Position numbers and translations under genes: made by a program
Shown here: piece by piece, positions 40,959-51,501 of the stretch
Layout of the letters: every line of letters begins with the position of its first letter
Numbering within the stretch: position 1 is the stretch's first letter
The notes under the pieces: generated by a model
What the model was told of the DNA's origin: nothing
What the model saw: the letters and a program-made list of their open reading frames with translations, nothing else
The model's database searches: none
Assembly (NCBI GenBank): GCA_910584095.1
Contig: CAJTYU010000014.1
Location: 8,710 to 72,709 of the forward strand
Source: an uncultured Dorea sp.
GTDB taxonomy: Bacteria > Bacillota > Clostridia > Lachnospirales > Lachnospiraceae
Direction of reading: 5' to 3'
Length of the DNA stretch: 64,000 bases

Positions 40959-42302
40959 CTACATTGCGTCTCTTAACTTGTCACTTGCTTCTTCTACTCC
41001 GGCCTGCCATTCTTCTACAGTCTTGTCGCCGCTTACGATACTGTCAACAGCCTTGAAGAGAGAATCTGCCATAGATACGCCTTCTACCGGATCCGTAGCT
41101 GCAAATCCACCCATTACTGCCACAGCCGCGTCATTATCATAAATCTGATAGTACAGTTTGTTCTCGTCACTCAGCTTCTCAGAGATTCCATTGATCGGCT
41201 GGATTGCTCCCGCTTCTGCAAAAATCTCTGCCGCCTTATCTGAATACATAAATGCAACCCATTCCATTGCAAGATCTTGGTTCTTTGCCTCTGCCGGTAC
41301 CCAGAGCTGCTCAAAGAATGTAAAGGATGACGGCTTCTCTCCTGCTGCTACTGCAGGAACCGCTGTAAAGCCCCACTCGAATCCCTCTGCTCTTGGAGCG
41401 TCTGCCATCTCGCCCGGAAGCCATGTTCCATTCGGGCAGAAAATCGCTTTATTGTCAAGAATCAGCTGCTGGTTCTTGGTGAAACCTTCGTCGTTGGCAT
41501 TGCCGACTGTTGTTGGCTCTACATACTCAGCAAGCTTTCCGATCAGTTCAAATACTGCCGTCGCCTCCTCAGACTCCCAGATCCCATCCTCATAGGTCAT
41601 ACACTTGTTATAGAAATCTGCTCCGCCTGACGACTCTAACAGCGCATAAGTAAATGCGTCAAAATAACCGGTAGTTGGATAAGTAAAGAGCGCGATTCCC
41701 TCTGCCTTCGCCTTGTCGCCAAGTTCCCACATCTCTTCCCATGTAGTTGGAACTTCCCACTTCTTATCCTCTAACAGTTTTGCATTATAGAATAATCCGC
41801 ATGGGCTGTAGAACATTGGAGCATAATAGGTCATGCCGTCATTATAAGGCATAGTTCCCAGTGTATCAAGGAAACCCGGAAGGATCTTATCCTTTACTGT
41901 TACGTCTTCACCTGGAACCGTCATATCCAGCACTTCATCCAGACATGCCAGCCCTTTTTCCTTTGTCAGCGTCTCGGTAAGGGCTGCGTCACGTCCGGTC
42001 GCACAGTGTACAACATCCGGATAATCTCCGCTCTTCATAGCCGGAGTGATCTTATCCTCGATCTTCTTGTCTGTGGTAACCTCAACCGTAACGCCCTCAT
42101 GAGTCTCCTCAAAAGCAGCCGCAACCTTTGTCCACATATCTGCGCCGTATGCGCTCTCAAGAGCTGCAACCTTCAGAACCTGTCCGTCCCCGTCATCCCC
42201 GTCGTTTCCGTCCGTACTGCCGCCGCAGCCTGCCAGACAGGTCATTGTCATAGCAGCTACAAGTCCTGCCGCAAGCCATCTTTTCAACTTTTCCTTTTTC
42301 AT
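40959..42302 (-). CDS. Carbohydrate ABC substrate-binding lipoprotein (likely lacto-/galacto-N-biose)
   Basis: Lipobox LAGC; SBP family 1 features (PTTWEE, NGTWLP); GH112 gene nearby. Confidence 0.88.
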   Translation of the reverse strand: MKKEKLKRWLAAGLVAAMTMTCLAGCGGSTDGNDGDDGDGQVLKVAALESAYGADMWTKVAAAFEETHEGVTVEVTTDKKIEDKITPAMKSGDYPDVVHCATGRDAALTETLTKEKGLACLDEVLDMTVPGEDVTVKDKILPGFLDTLGTMPYNDGMTYYAPMFYSPCGLFYNAKLLEDKKWEVPTTWEEMWELGDKAKAEGIALFTYPTTGYFDAFTYALLESSGGADFYNKCMTYEDGIWESEEATAVFELIGKLAEYVEPTTVGNANDEGFTKNQQLILDNKAIFCPNGTWLPGEMADAPRAEGFEWGFTAVPAVAAGEKPSSFTFFEQLWVPAEAKNQDLAMEWVAFMYSDKAAEIFAEAGAIQPINGISEKLSDENKLYYQIYDNDAAVAVMGGFAATDPVEGVSMADSLFKAVDSIVSGDKTVEEWQAGVEEASDKLRDAM

Positions 42303-42543
42303 TTTTCTCCTCCTAATCTCTTTGACATTTCAAGTGACTGATTAATTTTATCATAACCTAAATCCTGATTAATTCCTATACGTATCTTGTTTACTTTTTT
42401 ATAGATATTGCTTTTTTGTCTGCACATATTAACTATTTTACGCAAAATTATTGTAACAATTTTCAATTTCAGGTATAATAGACTTGTTTCTTTCGTATAT
42501 TTTATACACCACCATCTCAATATTTAAATAGATTGGAGTTTAC

Positions 42544-43395
42544 ATGCCTTACCAGAGATATAAGCCGGACTTCCCAAAACCGGATTCCAGGCTGACGCGT
42601 TCCCTAAACACACAGTTACTTTATATAACCCACTCCTGCTATGATAAAAAATGGCAGAGTGTTATGCACGCCCATCCATTTACGGAGGTTTTCTTTGTAG
42701 TAAACGGAACCGGCAAATTCCAAGTAGAGGACAAAACCTTTTTTGTGGGAAAGGATGACCTGATCATTATTAATCCTAATATCATGCATACTGAATTTAA
42801 CCATGGCAAGGAAGCTTTGGAATATATTATCTTAGGGCTTGACGGCCTGCTGTTCCTGCACCCAGGGCAAGCGCAGAGCGACTACCGCATTTATAATCTC
42901 CCGGACCACCGCACGGAAATCCTGTTCTATCTGAAATCAATTCTTCAGGAGCTGCAGCACAAAAGAGATCATTATACGGAAGTCTGTCAGGATCTTCTGG
43001 AGATCCTGCTGCTTCTGCTGATGCGGGACACAAAGTCTACGCTGGACTGCGCTTCTATTGACAAAGCCTCCAGAGAATGCCGTTTTATTGAACAGTATCT
43101 GGATGAACATTTTACGGAAAATATTACCCTTGAGATGCTGAGCGGGCTGACCTATATGAATAAATATTATATGGTTCACGCTTTCAAAAAATATAAGGGA
43201 ATCTCTCCGATCAATTATTTGATCAGCCGCAGGCTGAACGAGGCCAGACATCTCCTTGAAACTACGGACTATCCCATTGCAAAGATTGCGCAGGCGGCTG
43301 GATTTTCCTCCCAGTCTTATTTCTCGCAGGTTTTCCGCAAGGAGCTGAACATTACGCCAGCACAGTACCGGAAGCGGATAGATAGGAGCGATTAA
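42544..43395 (+). CDS. AraC-family regulator (cupin + double HTH)
   Basis: HAHPFTE cupin; IAQAAGFSSQSYFSQVFRK..TPAQYR. Confidence 0.95.
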   Translation: MPYQRYKPDFPKPDSRLTRSLNTQLLYITHSCYDKKWQSVMHAHPFTEVFFVVNGTGKFQVEDKTFFVGKDDLIIINPNIMHTEFNHGKEALEYIILGLDGLLFLHPGQAQSDYRIYNLPDHRTEILFYLKSILQELQHKRDHYTEVCQDLLEILLLLLMRDTKSTLDCASIDKASRECRFIEQYLDEHFTENITLEMLSGLTYMNKYYMVHAFKKYKGISPINYLISRRLNEARHLLETTDYPIAKIAQAAGFSSQSYFSQVFRKELNITPAQYRKRIDRSD

Positions 43396-43645
43396 CAAAT
43401 GAATATGCTCCCTTTGGGCAGAAAGGTAAAATAGCAATACCTACTGCTCATAAGGCAGCTGCGCATAAAACAGTATCAACCAACAAACTTTCGTGTCTGT
43501 ATACCGCCTAATTCAAGGTTTTTTTACCTTCTACTGCGCAACATTACTGTGGCAGTTCATTTTATCCCAAAGATTGCAATAGATATTCGTATTGGAATAT
43601 GCTATACTTGTTGGGTAAAGTGGAGTATATTCCGGAGGTGATTTC

Positions 43646-44093
43646 ATGTCGGATTGTATTATGAAGATAATCCCCAAAGACCCATTTTATAAAGTTTCTG
43701 ATTTGACACTACAGTCGGCCAAATCTTTTCTCAAAACGCAGATACGTTGTGATTTTATTGAAGTGGAATCCAATGAAACACCAGTATTTGTTGATTGTGG
43801 AGAAAATCTTGAAAGTATTTCTTGCCCGGAATGTAGTACAGAACTTAATTATGAGTGGTGGGGAGAAGCTATGGATAAAGCCGCTGTATGCGAATTTACA
43901 TCACTTAAAACAGAAATGCCCTGTTGCAAAAGATTTATTTCCCTGAATGATTTAAACTACTATTTCCCTTGCGGATTTGCTTCCCTCTTGATTAGCATTT
44001 TTAATCCCCCCACGACCTATTGATAATAAGATAATAAATATCATCGAAAACATACTTGGCACTAGTGTACGCATTGTTGAGGCACATATATAA
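43646..44093 (+). pseudogene. Cys-rich hypothetical protein with a +1 frameshift in a C6 run
   Basis: CPEC, PCC and CGF motifs; removing one C at 44006-44011 extends the ORF to ..NILGTSVRIVEAHI* at 44093. Confidence 0.6.
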
Positions 44094-44185
44094 TTACACA
44101 GAGTGTAAAATAGGGCAACAGCGAGTTGCTTGTGTATCTTTGTATTCAATGGTAAAATGATAGAAAAACACGGAAGGATGTATCA

Positions 44186-44665
44186 ATGGAAACAAAAGAT
44201 GTGATTTTAGAGTTGCGAAAAGGTCTAAGTCTCTCACAAGATGAGTTCGCAAAAAAATTATTGATTACGAGACAAGCTGTTTCCCGTTGGGAAAATGGAG
44301 AAACCATACCAAATACTGATACATTGAAACTTATCGCTGAAACTTTTAATGTATCGATAGATTATTTATTAGGTCATCCCTCTGGACAGTGCCAAAGTTG
44401 CGGAATGGTTTTGATAAAAGATAGCGACAAAGGAACAGAAAGCGATGGGCGCAAATCAGAGGAATATTGTGCATTTTGTTACCAGCAAGGAAGATTTATT
44501 CAAGACCTTACAATAGAGGAATTGATTGAACATAATTTGCAAGATTTAGATAACTGGAACCAAGAAACTGGCTTACAGTTGACAAAGCAAGAGGCAAGAG
44601 CAGAGTTGCTTAAATTCTTGCCAACCTTAAAGCGCTGGCGGCAAAAAGAGAGTTCTAAAAATTGA
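44186..44665 (+). CDS. XRE HTH regulator fused to a zinc-ribbon domain
   Basis: LSQDEFAKKL..TRQAVSRWENG; CQSCGM..YCAFCY..LPTLKRW. Confidence 0.88.
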   Translation: METKDVILELRKGLSLSQDEFAKKLLITRQAVSRWENGETIPNTDTLKLIAETFNVSIDYLLGHPSGQCQSCGMVLIKDSDKGTESDGRKSEEYCAFCYQQGRFIQDLTIEELIEHNLQDLDNWNQETGLQLTKQEARAELLKFLPTLKRWRQKESSKN

Positions 44666-44905
44666 TATAGCTAAATCATTTCTTCGCTGAAATGGCAGCA
44701 TAAAAAAACTGCTGTTTTTAAAAAACATGAGACGCGGTATAATTGTACTTTTGTGGATCCATAAACGTGATTACCCTCCCTATAAATAAAAATCCCCCAC
44801 AGAATATGCCAGTGCTAAACGGCATTATTTCCGTAGGGTATCTCTATTCTACAGTCTCCTTTTTCTTCCTATCCGCATAAAAACCTGCTTTAAAGAGCCT
44901 CTTTC

Positions 44906-47071
44906 TTAATCTATTTCATACCAGCGGATCTCATTGGCTTCCATAAACACAGAAAAGCTTTCGCCATTTCCCTTATATACAACTGTCTCCTGCGGTTCGT
45001 ATGTATTGTTTACGACGCAGTACTTCTTATTCTCTACATAGGCGTGGACTTCCACATTATAATTTGTACTAAACCATTGACGAAGTTCTTCTTCCGCCCC
45101 TGCCGACCAGAGAATCGCCCGGTACAATAGCCTGCTATTCTCAAAACTATACGGCAGGCCGCTGATGTAGACGCACCTTCCCTCTCCAAAAGAATTAACG
45201 GCAAGCTGTACGCCCCCATCTACTGCGCGGATTACACAGGCGCCTTCCAAGGCATAGATATTCTTCTTGCCTTCCCCAAAATCAATGGTTCCTTTGCAGT
45301 CTTCTATAATAAAATGCTCCTGCTCATTCCAGTTATATTTGTCCACATTCAAAGTGTATCCCGTCTCTTCTTCCACTCCTAAGGCTCCCGCCAGCTGGAA
45401 ATATCTTCCCTGCCACTGGTATGCGGCAGGCTCGCCTACTCCGATAAAACCGCCGCCCTGGCTGATAAACCGCCGGATGGCCGTTATAATCCTTTCGTCC
45501 TTCCATTCCGCCCCGCCGGTATACGCCGTATAAGCGTCGCCTACATTCAAGATCACATCGATATCAGACAAAATTCCCGGATTCTCCCGGATATCATCAA
45601 AACTAATGAAACTTACGTCAAAAGGAGCGCCGCTTAATGCTTCGATAATGCCTGCGTAGGAATAATTCTGCTTATGATAGATTGCATGGTGTACCATGTG
45701 GTTTCCCCATGCCCGCATTTTTCCCCAGCAGTTCAGGACGGCGACCTTCTTAATACAATAAGGCGTAGTTCCCTTAATATTCTCATACAACGTACGAAAT
45801 TCTTCGCAGACGCTCTCCACATAACTGATAAACTCCGGAAACTGCATGGCCAGCTTCAAATATCCGCCGTAGCCGATCCGGTCGATGGGCTTCCTAAGGA
45901 TCGCCCGTCTGGCTGTCACCCAGTTTACCTTGGCCTCCTTCACCGGATCGCCGCCTTCGTGGAAGGTGTCCGGGAAGAAATAGGGAAGAAAACGCCCCTC
46001 GGTATACTTTACGCCCTCAATGTCGCTGATCAGCCTTAAGGTAGCGCCGTTTCCCACGCTTCCCACCACTGCATCCAGACCAATCCCCTTAAATTCCTCC
46101 ATAAACGGCTCCATGCCGATCCAGTGGTCTCCCAGAAACATCATGGCCTCTTTGCCGCCTTCATGGGTAATCTCTACCATCTGTCTGGCAAGACCGGCAA
46201 CCTCGCGCCTCTGAAATGCCATAAAATCCTGATATTCCTTAGAAGGAATACGGTATCCGTTGTTCATATAGCCCTGATCAATGATGTATTCCGGCCGGAA
46301 CGGATATCCGGCCTCCTTTTCGAACCGCTCCAGAATATAAGGACTCACCGACGCGGAATATCCGTACCAGTCCACATATTTTTCTCTGGCAAGCTCGTCG
46401 AAGATCAGCGTAAACTGATGAAAAAATGTCGTAAAACGGATCACGTCCACATGCGGATTCTCCTGAATATATTTCCTGAGTCTCTGCATAGAATATGCTC
46501 TGGTCTTGGGCTGGCGCACGTCAAAGGTGATCTGCTTTTCTACGTCCTTCCAGTCGTTCGTCACAGCGTTGTACATATGAACCGGATCCCACATAATATA
46601 GGCCAGAAAGCTGACCGTATATTCGTGGAACTCTTCCGCCTCATGAATCACCACATCGCCGGCTGCCCTGTCGTAATCCCACGCTGCCGCCGGAACTGCT
46701 TCCCCAGCCGTCCGGTCCATGACCTCCCACCAGCGCGTAATATCGCAGTCTGCGTTTACCGCCAGCATATCCGGGTACAGATGGTCCATCAGATGAATCC
46801 GCAGTTCCTTGGCCTCCGCCGTATGAAAGGACGTCATAATATACATCTGCTGTATCTCGTCCGGATTCGCCTTTGCCCATGCGTTGTCTTTCCTTGTTGT
46901 ATAATAGGTAGCATATACCTTCGCCCCCACATCGCGAAGCTCCTCCGGGTAATCGGTCCCGTCGCAGTCCCTGATCGCATCCGCTCCCCAGAGTTTTAAA
47001 AGTTCCAGAGTCTCCGGTATTACGTCCATATCTGTCGGGATTGTCACCCTTCCTGTTTTCTGTTCTTCCAT
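44906..47071 (-). CDS. gnpA: 1,3-beta-galactosyl-N-acetylhexosamine phosphorylase (GH112)
   Basis: GRVTIP, ADAIRDCDGT, WDPVHMYN, RFTTFFHQF, FLGDHWIG (catalytic Asp), EGRFLPYFFPD. Confidence 0.95.
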   Translation of the reverse strand: MEEQKTGRVTIPTDMDVIPETLELLKLWGADAIRDCDGTDYPEELRDVGAKVYATYYTTRKDNAWAKANPDEIQQMYIMTSFHTAEAKELRIHLMDHLYPDMLAVNADCDITRWWEVMDRTAGEAVPAAAWDYDRAAGDVVIHEAEEFHEYTVSFLAYIMWDPVHMYNAVTNDWKDVEKQITFDVRQPKTRAYSMQRLRKYIQENPHVDVIRFTTFFHQFTLIFDELAREKYVDWYGYSASVSPYILERFEKEAGYPFRPEYIIDQGYMNNGYRIPSKEYQDFMAFQRREVAGLARQMVEITHEGGKEAMMFLGDHWIGMEPFMEEFKGIGLDAVVGSVGNGATLRLISDIEGVKYTEGRFLPYFFPDTFHEGGDPVKEAKVNWVTARRAILRKPIDRIGYGGYLKLAMQFPEFISYVESVCEEFRTLYENIKGTTPYCIKKVAVLNCWGKMRAWGNHMVHHAIYHKQNYSYAGIIEALSGAPFDVSFISFDDIRENPGILSDIDVILNVGDAYTAYTGGAEWKDERIITAIRRFISQGGGFIGVGEPAAYQWQGRYFQLAGALGVEEETGYTLNVDKYNWNEQEHFIIEDCKGTIDFGEGKKNIYALEGACVIRAVDGGVQLAVNSFGEGRCVYISGLPYSFENSRLLYRAILWSAGAEEELRQWFSTNYNVEVHAYVENKKYCVVNNTYEPQETVVYKGNGESFSVFMEANEIRWYEID

Positions 47072-47239
47072 ACCATCTGCTCCTTTTCCTTTTATCGTAT
47101 ATCCTCTGCGGAAGAATACTTCCATGATCCTATTCTCAGCATACGGTTTTTCTTCTGCAGCGTCTACCGGTTTCTTGCTGATATTTTTATATATTTTGCT
47201 GTCCCGCAGATTCCTTTACACAAAGCAGGACGTCCCCAT

Positions 47240-48412
47240 TTAATAATACTTTACCGTCACATGCTTTCCCAGATGCTCCGCGCATTCCTTCATTTGGTCT
47301 ACCAGATTCATCCTAATGCTCAAATCAAAGGGCAGGTTGGAATTTTGGTGGGCCACATTCATAGCTTTGCCTACAAACAAATTCAGATCCGTGCACTCTT
47401 CTATGATGACCTTCGCCAGTCTGGCCGCCCCGTTATCTGCATCCAGCTCGTCAAAAAATACCTCGTCAAAATCATCATTCTCATAGCGCCTCAGAAGATC
47501 CAGCGCCTTTCCGATGGTCAGTACGCCCTCTGTCACCAGATCCAGTCCCTCGATCATCGCCATCGGCGGAACCCTCGGATCTGCATGCTCCACCAGCGTA
47601 ACGATTTCCCTTTTCAAAACCCGGGCCGCTATATTGGCGCTGGTGCCGCCGCAGACGATCTTCTTACCCTCCTGCTTCATGAAATCATGCATCAGCCGTT
47701 CGTCGTCTTCCTTCCTTGACGGAGGCCCCGTAAATATATTAATCGTGCGCCTCTTGATAATCCGAGTGACCGCCACCGTTGTATCATCCCCTGGCTTCTG
47801 TCCGTAAAGGTCGAAGCATACCTGGCTTAACATAGCCGCAAGCCTTGCCGCCGAAAGGGTCTCTTTGGTACACTTGAGAGCATACTGGGACATATCCTCC
47901 CACTCCCAATTATAATTCATAGTCTCTTCGGTTCCGGCCCAAATCGCGCCGTCGCTCATCAGCACAAAACAGTCGTTTAACTCTACCTGAAACCGGTATT
48001 CACGAATGCTCTTCCCCTCGATCACGCGCTCCACATAGGGATAATCGACAATTTCCTTATTACGGATAAAAATACATTTAGGATTGTCATATTCCACCAG
48101 ATACGCCTCTCCGTTTCGGAAGACCTGAAGGATACTGAAAGTCGCGTAGGCGACTTCCCTCTCCTTACAAATCGGAAGCGTCTTAGCGATAGTCTCCACA
48201 CAGGAATCGATTCCCGCTCCCTCCCTAAACATAGTTCCCAGAATCCTAGAGGTCAGCGTCGCTAAAATGTTGGCCTTTACGCCGCTCCCCATTCCGTCTG
48301 CCAGAATCACAATATCAGAGTTTGCCGTCTTTAATATCTCTACCTTATCGCCGCACAGCTCCTCATGGTTCTTGTTGAAGCTTTTCCAACAGATATCTAC
48401 ACTTACACTCAT
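47240..48412 (-). CDS. SpoIIE/PP2C-type serine phosphatase linked to the sensory hydrogenase
   Basis: ELCGD, LADGMGSGVKAN, SDG, PGDDTT. Confidence 0.9.
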   Translation of the reverse strand: MSVSVDICWKSFNKNHEELCGDKVEILKTANSDIVILADGMGSGVKANILATLTSRILGTMFREGAGIDSCVETIAKTLPICKEREVAYATFSILQVFRNGEAYLVEYDNPKCIFIRNKEIVDYPYVERVIEGKSIREYRFQVELNDCFVLMSDGAIWAGTEETMNYNWEWEDMSQYALKCTKETLSAARLAAMLSQVCFDLYGQKPGDDTTVAVTRIIKRRTINIFTGPPSRKEDDERLMHDFMKQEGKKIVCGGTSANIAARVLKREIVTLVEHADPRVPPMAMIEGLDLVTEGVLTIGKALDLLRRYENDDFDEVFFDELDADNGAARLAKVIIEECTDLNLFVGKAMNVAHQNSNLPFDLSIRMNLVDQMKECAEHLGKHVTVKYY

Positions 48413-48414
48413 TT

Positions 48415-50127
48415 TTACTCTTCTCCATCATCCAGAATTGAATCCCGAAGCTTGCTGAGCGTCACCTTGGTCTCCGCCGTAGTCTCTCCCAGCAGCCCCG
48501 CTATTTCCTGAGCTACCATCATCTGCTTATCAATAACCCTCTGCGCAATCTCAACCGTCTCCATCTTCAGATTCATATGCTGCTCCTTCGCCTTCTCTTC
48601 TTTACTGATGTCCCAGTAAAGCACCAGCACAGATTCCTTTGAATCAATATAAATAATCGTTTCCTTCGCCACCATATCCAGCGTCTCCAGATTAATCTTC
48701 TTCCGCATAATGGACTCTTTCGTGGCAAGCACCTCCTCGATATCCTCCACCTCAATAAATTCAAATATGTACCGCTCCAGCGCCTCTTCCCTCGATACGC
48801 CCAGCTTATCCAGCGCCCGCTTATTGCACTCTCTGATGCGCAGTTCCTTATCGACCACTAGAATCATATTCGGCGTCACATCCATGACCACGTTGGACAT
48901 CGATTCCGCCTGAGCCACTGCGTGAGGCAGGCACATGCTCACCTCCGCCTTGCCTTGGAATACCGCGACGGCCTTATTCCTACAAGTCGAATAGCCGCAG
49001 GCTCCGCAGTTTAACTCGTCCGCCCTTGTATATTTTCCCATAGCGTGAAGGATCTCCGTAAGCTGCTCATCCGTCGGCGCCTGATCGTGAACGCTCCGAT
49101 CCTTAAATACCTTTTTCATGGAAACAGCGCTGCCGTCAATTCCATTCGCATCCTCTCTGTGCCGGATCCTTCCCTCCAGATCCATCTTCGCTTTCAGCAT
49201 GGAACGCTGCCACCGGTTAGAGGCCGGTCCCTTGATACATCCGCTCTCGCAGATATTCAGCTCAAAAAAACACCCCTCGATCTCGCCTCTGGTCAATTCC
49301 TCTAACAGCTCCATACAATTCTTGATTCCGTCCGCATGGATCTTATGATACTGATCCTTCCCCGCATCTGCCAGCACAGAAGTAATGACGCCGCCGCTGG
49401 ATGGATAGAGCTGATTTACTCCCGGATCCGGATTGCCCATGGGCTTTTCCTCGCATTTGCGGACGTCGATCCCAGCGGACTTCCACCATTTAATGATCTC
49501 CTCAAAGGTCAGAATTGCATTGATGGCTCCCGCCACCCGCTCATCACCTACGGCTTCTTCCTTCTTGGCAATGCAGGGACCCAAGAACACCACCTTCACA
49601 TCCGGCCCATAAATGCTCTTGATCAGCCTTCCGTGGGCGATCATTGGAGAAACCACAGGAGCCATCTGGGACGTCAGGGAGGGGTAGTATTTCTCAATCA
49701 AGTCATTGATACTGGGACAGCATGTGGAAATGATATTCTTCATCGTCCCCTCTCTCAGGAGCCTGCGGTATTCGCTTGTCACCAGAGCCGCTCCCTCCGC
49801 CGTCTCCCGAACCTCCGAAAATCCCAGCTTCATAAGCGCGTCCACCACCTGCCCCGGCTGCTCAAACTCCAGCACGCTTAAGTAGGAAGGCGCAATAGAA
49901 ACAATCGTCTTAATCCCCTGTTTCAGATATCCTTTTACCCGCTCCATATCACTGGCGAAGGTCTTGGCATTCTGAGGACAGATCTCCAGACACTGCCCGC
50001 AGTGGATACAGTGATCCTCCATAATATGCGCCTGTTCATTCTGAACCGAAATCGCTTTCACCTCACAATACCTCACGCACTTATAACAGTGCCTGCAGCT
50101 TGCATCCTTAAAATCAATTACCTTCAC
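48415..50127 (-). CDS. Sensory (group C, HydS/HfsB-like) [FeFe]-hydrogenase with PAS domain
   Basis: Two ferredoxin motifs; H-cluster variants STCCP, GPCIAKK, ELNICESGC; NCGACGY; C-terminal PAS and coiled coil. Confidence 0.9.
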   Translation of the reverse strand: MKVIDFKDASCRHCYKCVRYCEVKAISVQNEQAHIMEDHCIHCGQCLEICPQNAKTFASDMERVKGYLKQGIKTIVSIAPSYLSVLEFEQPGQVVDALMKLGFSEVRETAEGAALVTSEYRRLLREGTMKNIISTCCPSINDLIEKYYPSLTSQMAPVVSPMIAHGRLIKSIYGPDVKVVFLGPCIAKKEEAVGDERVAGAINAILTFEEIIKWWKSAGIDVRKCEEKPMGNPDPGVNQLYPSSGGVITSVLADAGKDQYHKIHADGIKNCMELLEELTRGEIEGCFFELNICESGCIKGPASNRWQRSMLKAKMDLEGRIRHREDANGIDGSAVSMKKVFKDRSVHDQAPTDEQLTEILHAMGKYTRADELNCGACGYSTCRNKAVAVFQGKAEVSMCLPHAVAQAESMSNVVMDVTPNMILVVDKELRIRECNKRALDKLGVSREEALERYIFEFIEVEDIEEVLATKESIMRKKINLETLDMVAKETIIYIDSKESVLVLYWDISKEEKAKEQHMNLKMETVEIAQRVIDKQMMVAQEIAGLLGETTAETKVTLSKLRDSILDDGEE

Positions 50128-50141
50128 TTGCCGTCTCCTCC

Positions 50142-50786
50142 TTATATATTCATAATTTCTTCCGGTGTATTTACGATATAATCCGCGCCGGCCGCCTCAA
50201 GTTCCGCCCGGCTTCCGAAGCCAAACAAAACGCCGACGCTGTCCAGCCCCTGTTTCCCGGCCCCGTAAATATCATGTTCTCTGTCTCCAATCATTACAGC
50301 CTGCGCTCTTTCTGTCACTTCGCACTGAGCCAATGCATACGCGATCACATCTTCCTTACTGCTTCTGGAACCGTCCATAGACGCCCCCGCGATGCAGGTA
50401 AAATAATCTGCCAGTCCAAAACGCTCCAGAATTTTTCTGGCAAAATGCTCCGGCTTAGAAGTCGCCACAACCAATACTTTTCCGTCTTCTTTCAGCCTTT
50501 CCAGCAAACGCTCTATGCCTCCGTATACTTTTGCCTCATACATCCCGCCCGCCGAATAATATTCTCTGTAACATCTGATCAGTTCCCCCGTCTCTTCTGC
50601 GGAAAATCCGAAATATTTCTGAAAGGATTCCCCCAGCGGCGGCCCGATAAATTTGCGCAAAGTCTCCATATCATACTCTTTGATATGGTATTTTTCCAGT
50701 ACGTACTTGACCGAGTTCGTAATTCCTTCCTCGGTATTTACAAGCGTCCCATCCAGGTCAAAAAAATAATATTGATATTTCGCCAT
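50142..50786 (-). CDS. HAD-IA hydrolase (phosphoglycolate phosphatase/5'-nucleotidase-like)
   Basis: FDLDGTL, ATSK, IGDREHD. Confidence 0.9.
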   Translation of the reverse strand: MAKYQYYFFDLDGTLVNTEEGITNSVKYVLEKYHIKEYDMETLRKFIGPPLGESFQKYFGFSAEETGELIRCYREYYSAGGMYEAKVYGGIERLLERLKEDGKVLVVATSKPEHFARKILERFGLADYFTCIAGASMDGSRSSKEDVIAYALAQCEVTERAQAVMIGDREHDIYGAGKQGLDSVGVLFGFGSRAELEAAGADYIVNTPEEIMNI

Positions 50787-50874
50787 CTCTTCCTCCGTAC
50801 ATTCACTTTTCATTTCCGGTATATGTTTTTAATTGTATCATACCCTCTTATTTTTGCTAAATTCCATTGTTTTC

Positions 50875-51000
50875 TTATTGAACCAGCACTGGTAAATTCT
50901 CCGGCGTATTATTGACAACTTTATCCTTATCCTTGTTCCTTGAGTATATTGAATGAATATGCAAATCTATTTTTACACCCTTCCTCACTACTTTATCCAT
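50875..51000 (-). pseudogene. N-terminal stub of a PHP-domain protein (41 aa)
   Basis: AGGAG RBS then MDKVVRKGVKIDLHIHSIYSRNKDKDKVVNNTPENLPVLVQ*; DLHIHS is PHP motif I. Confidence 0.65.
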
Positions 51001-51047
51001 ATTTAATTTCTCCTAATGCAGAATTTTAATACTATCAGCTGTTTTGG

Positions 51048-51500
51048 CTACTCTATGTCTTCGTTTATGTCTTCTCCAATAATGGTATCAAAAATAGCTT
51101 CCTCAACAACTTTTATACATTCATCAAGATTTTTCTGGATCTCTTTTCCCCAAAATCTAATTACAGTCCATCCTCGAAATAAAAGCTGTTTATTAACTTC
51201 ATCATCTCGTTTTCTATTATTGGAAATTTTCTTAAGCCAATAACCACTATTTGTTCCTTTCTCAATTCTAGGCTTCAAAATTTCCCAGTCTTTACCATGA
51301 AAAAATTCACTATCGCAAAAGATAACTATTTTATATTTAGTCAAAACAATATCCGGCTTTCCCGGCAGACTTTTATCGTTTTTCCGGTAACGATATCCCT
51401 TATGCCATAATGCCTTCCTCAATTTCAACTCTATACCAGTATCTTTTGCCCGGATATTCTGCATATTTTTTCTACGCTGCTCTTTAGTCAAGTTATCCAT
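51048..51500 (-). CDS. vsr: Very short patch repair endonuclease
   Basis: MDNLTKEQRRKNM, LPGKPDI, FCDSEFFHG, W..KI..N..RD. Confidence 0.95.
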   Translation of the reverse strand: MDNLTKEQRRKNMQNIRAKDTGIELKLRKALWHKGYRYRKNDKSLPGKPDIVLTKYKIVIFCDSEFFHGKDWEILKPRIEKGTNSGYWLKKISNNRKRDDEVNKQLLFRGWTVIRFWGKEIQKNLDECIKVVEEAIFDTIIGEDINEDIE

Positions 51501-51501
51501 T

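Noticed and set aside
46124..46999. 291-aa plus-strand ORF, and the many similar short antisense ORFs in the track
   Set aside because: They lie opposite well-supported genes and reflect codon bias.
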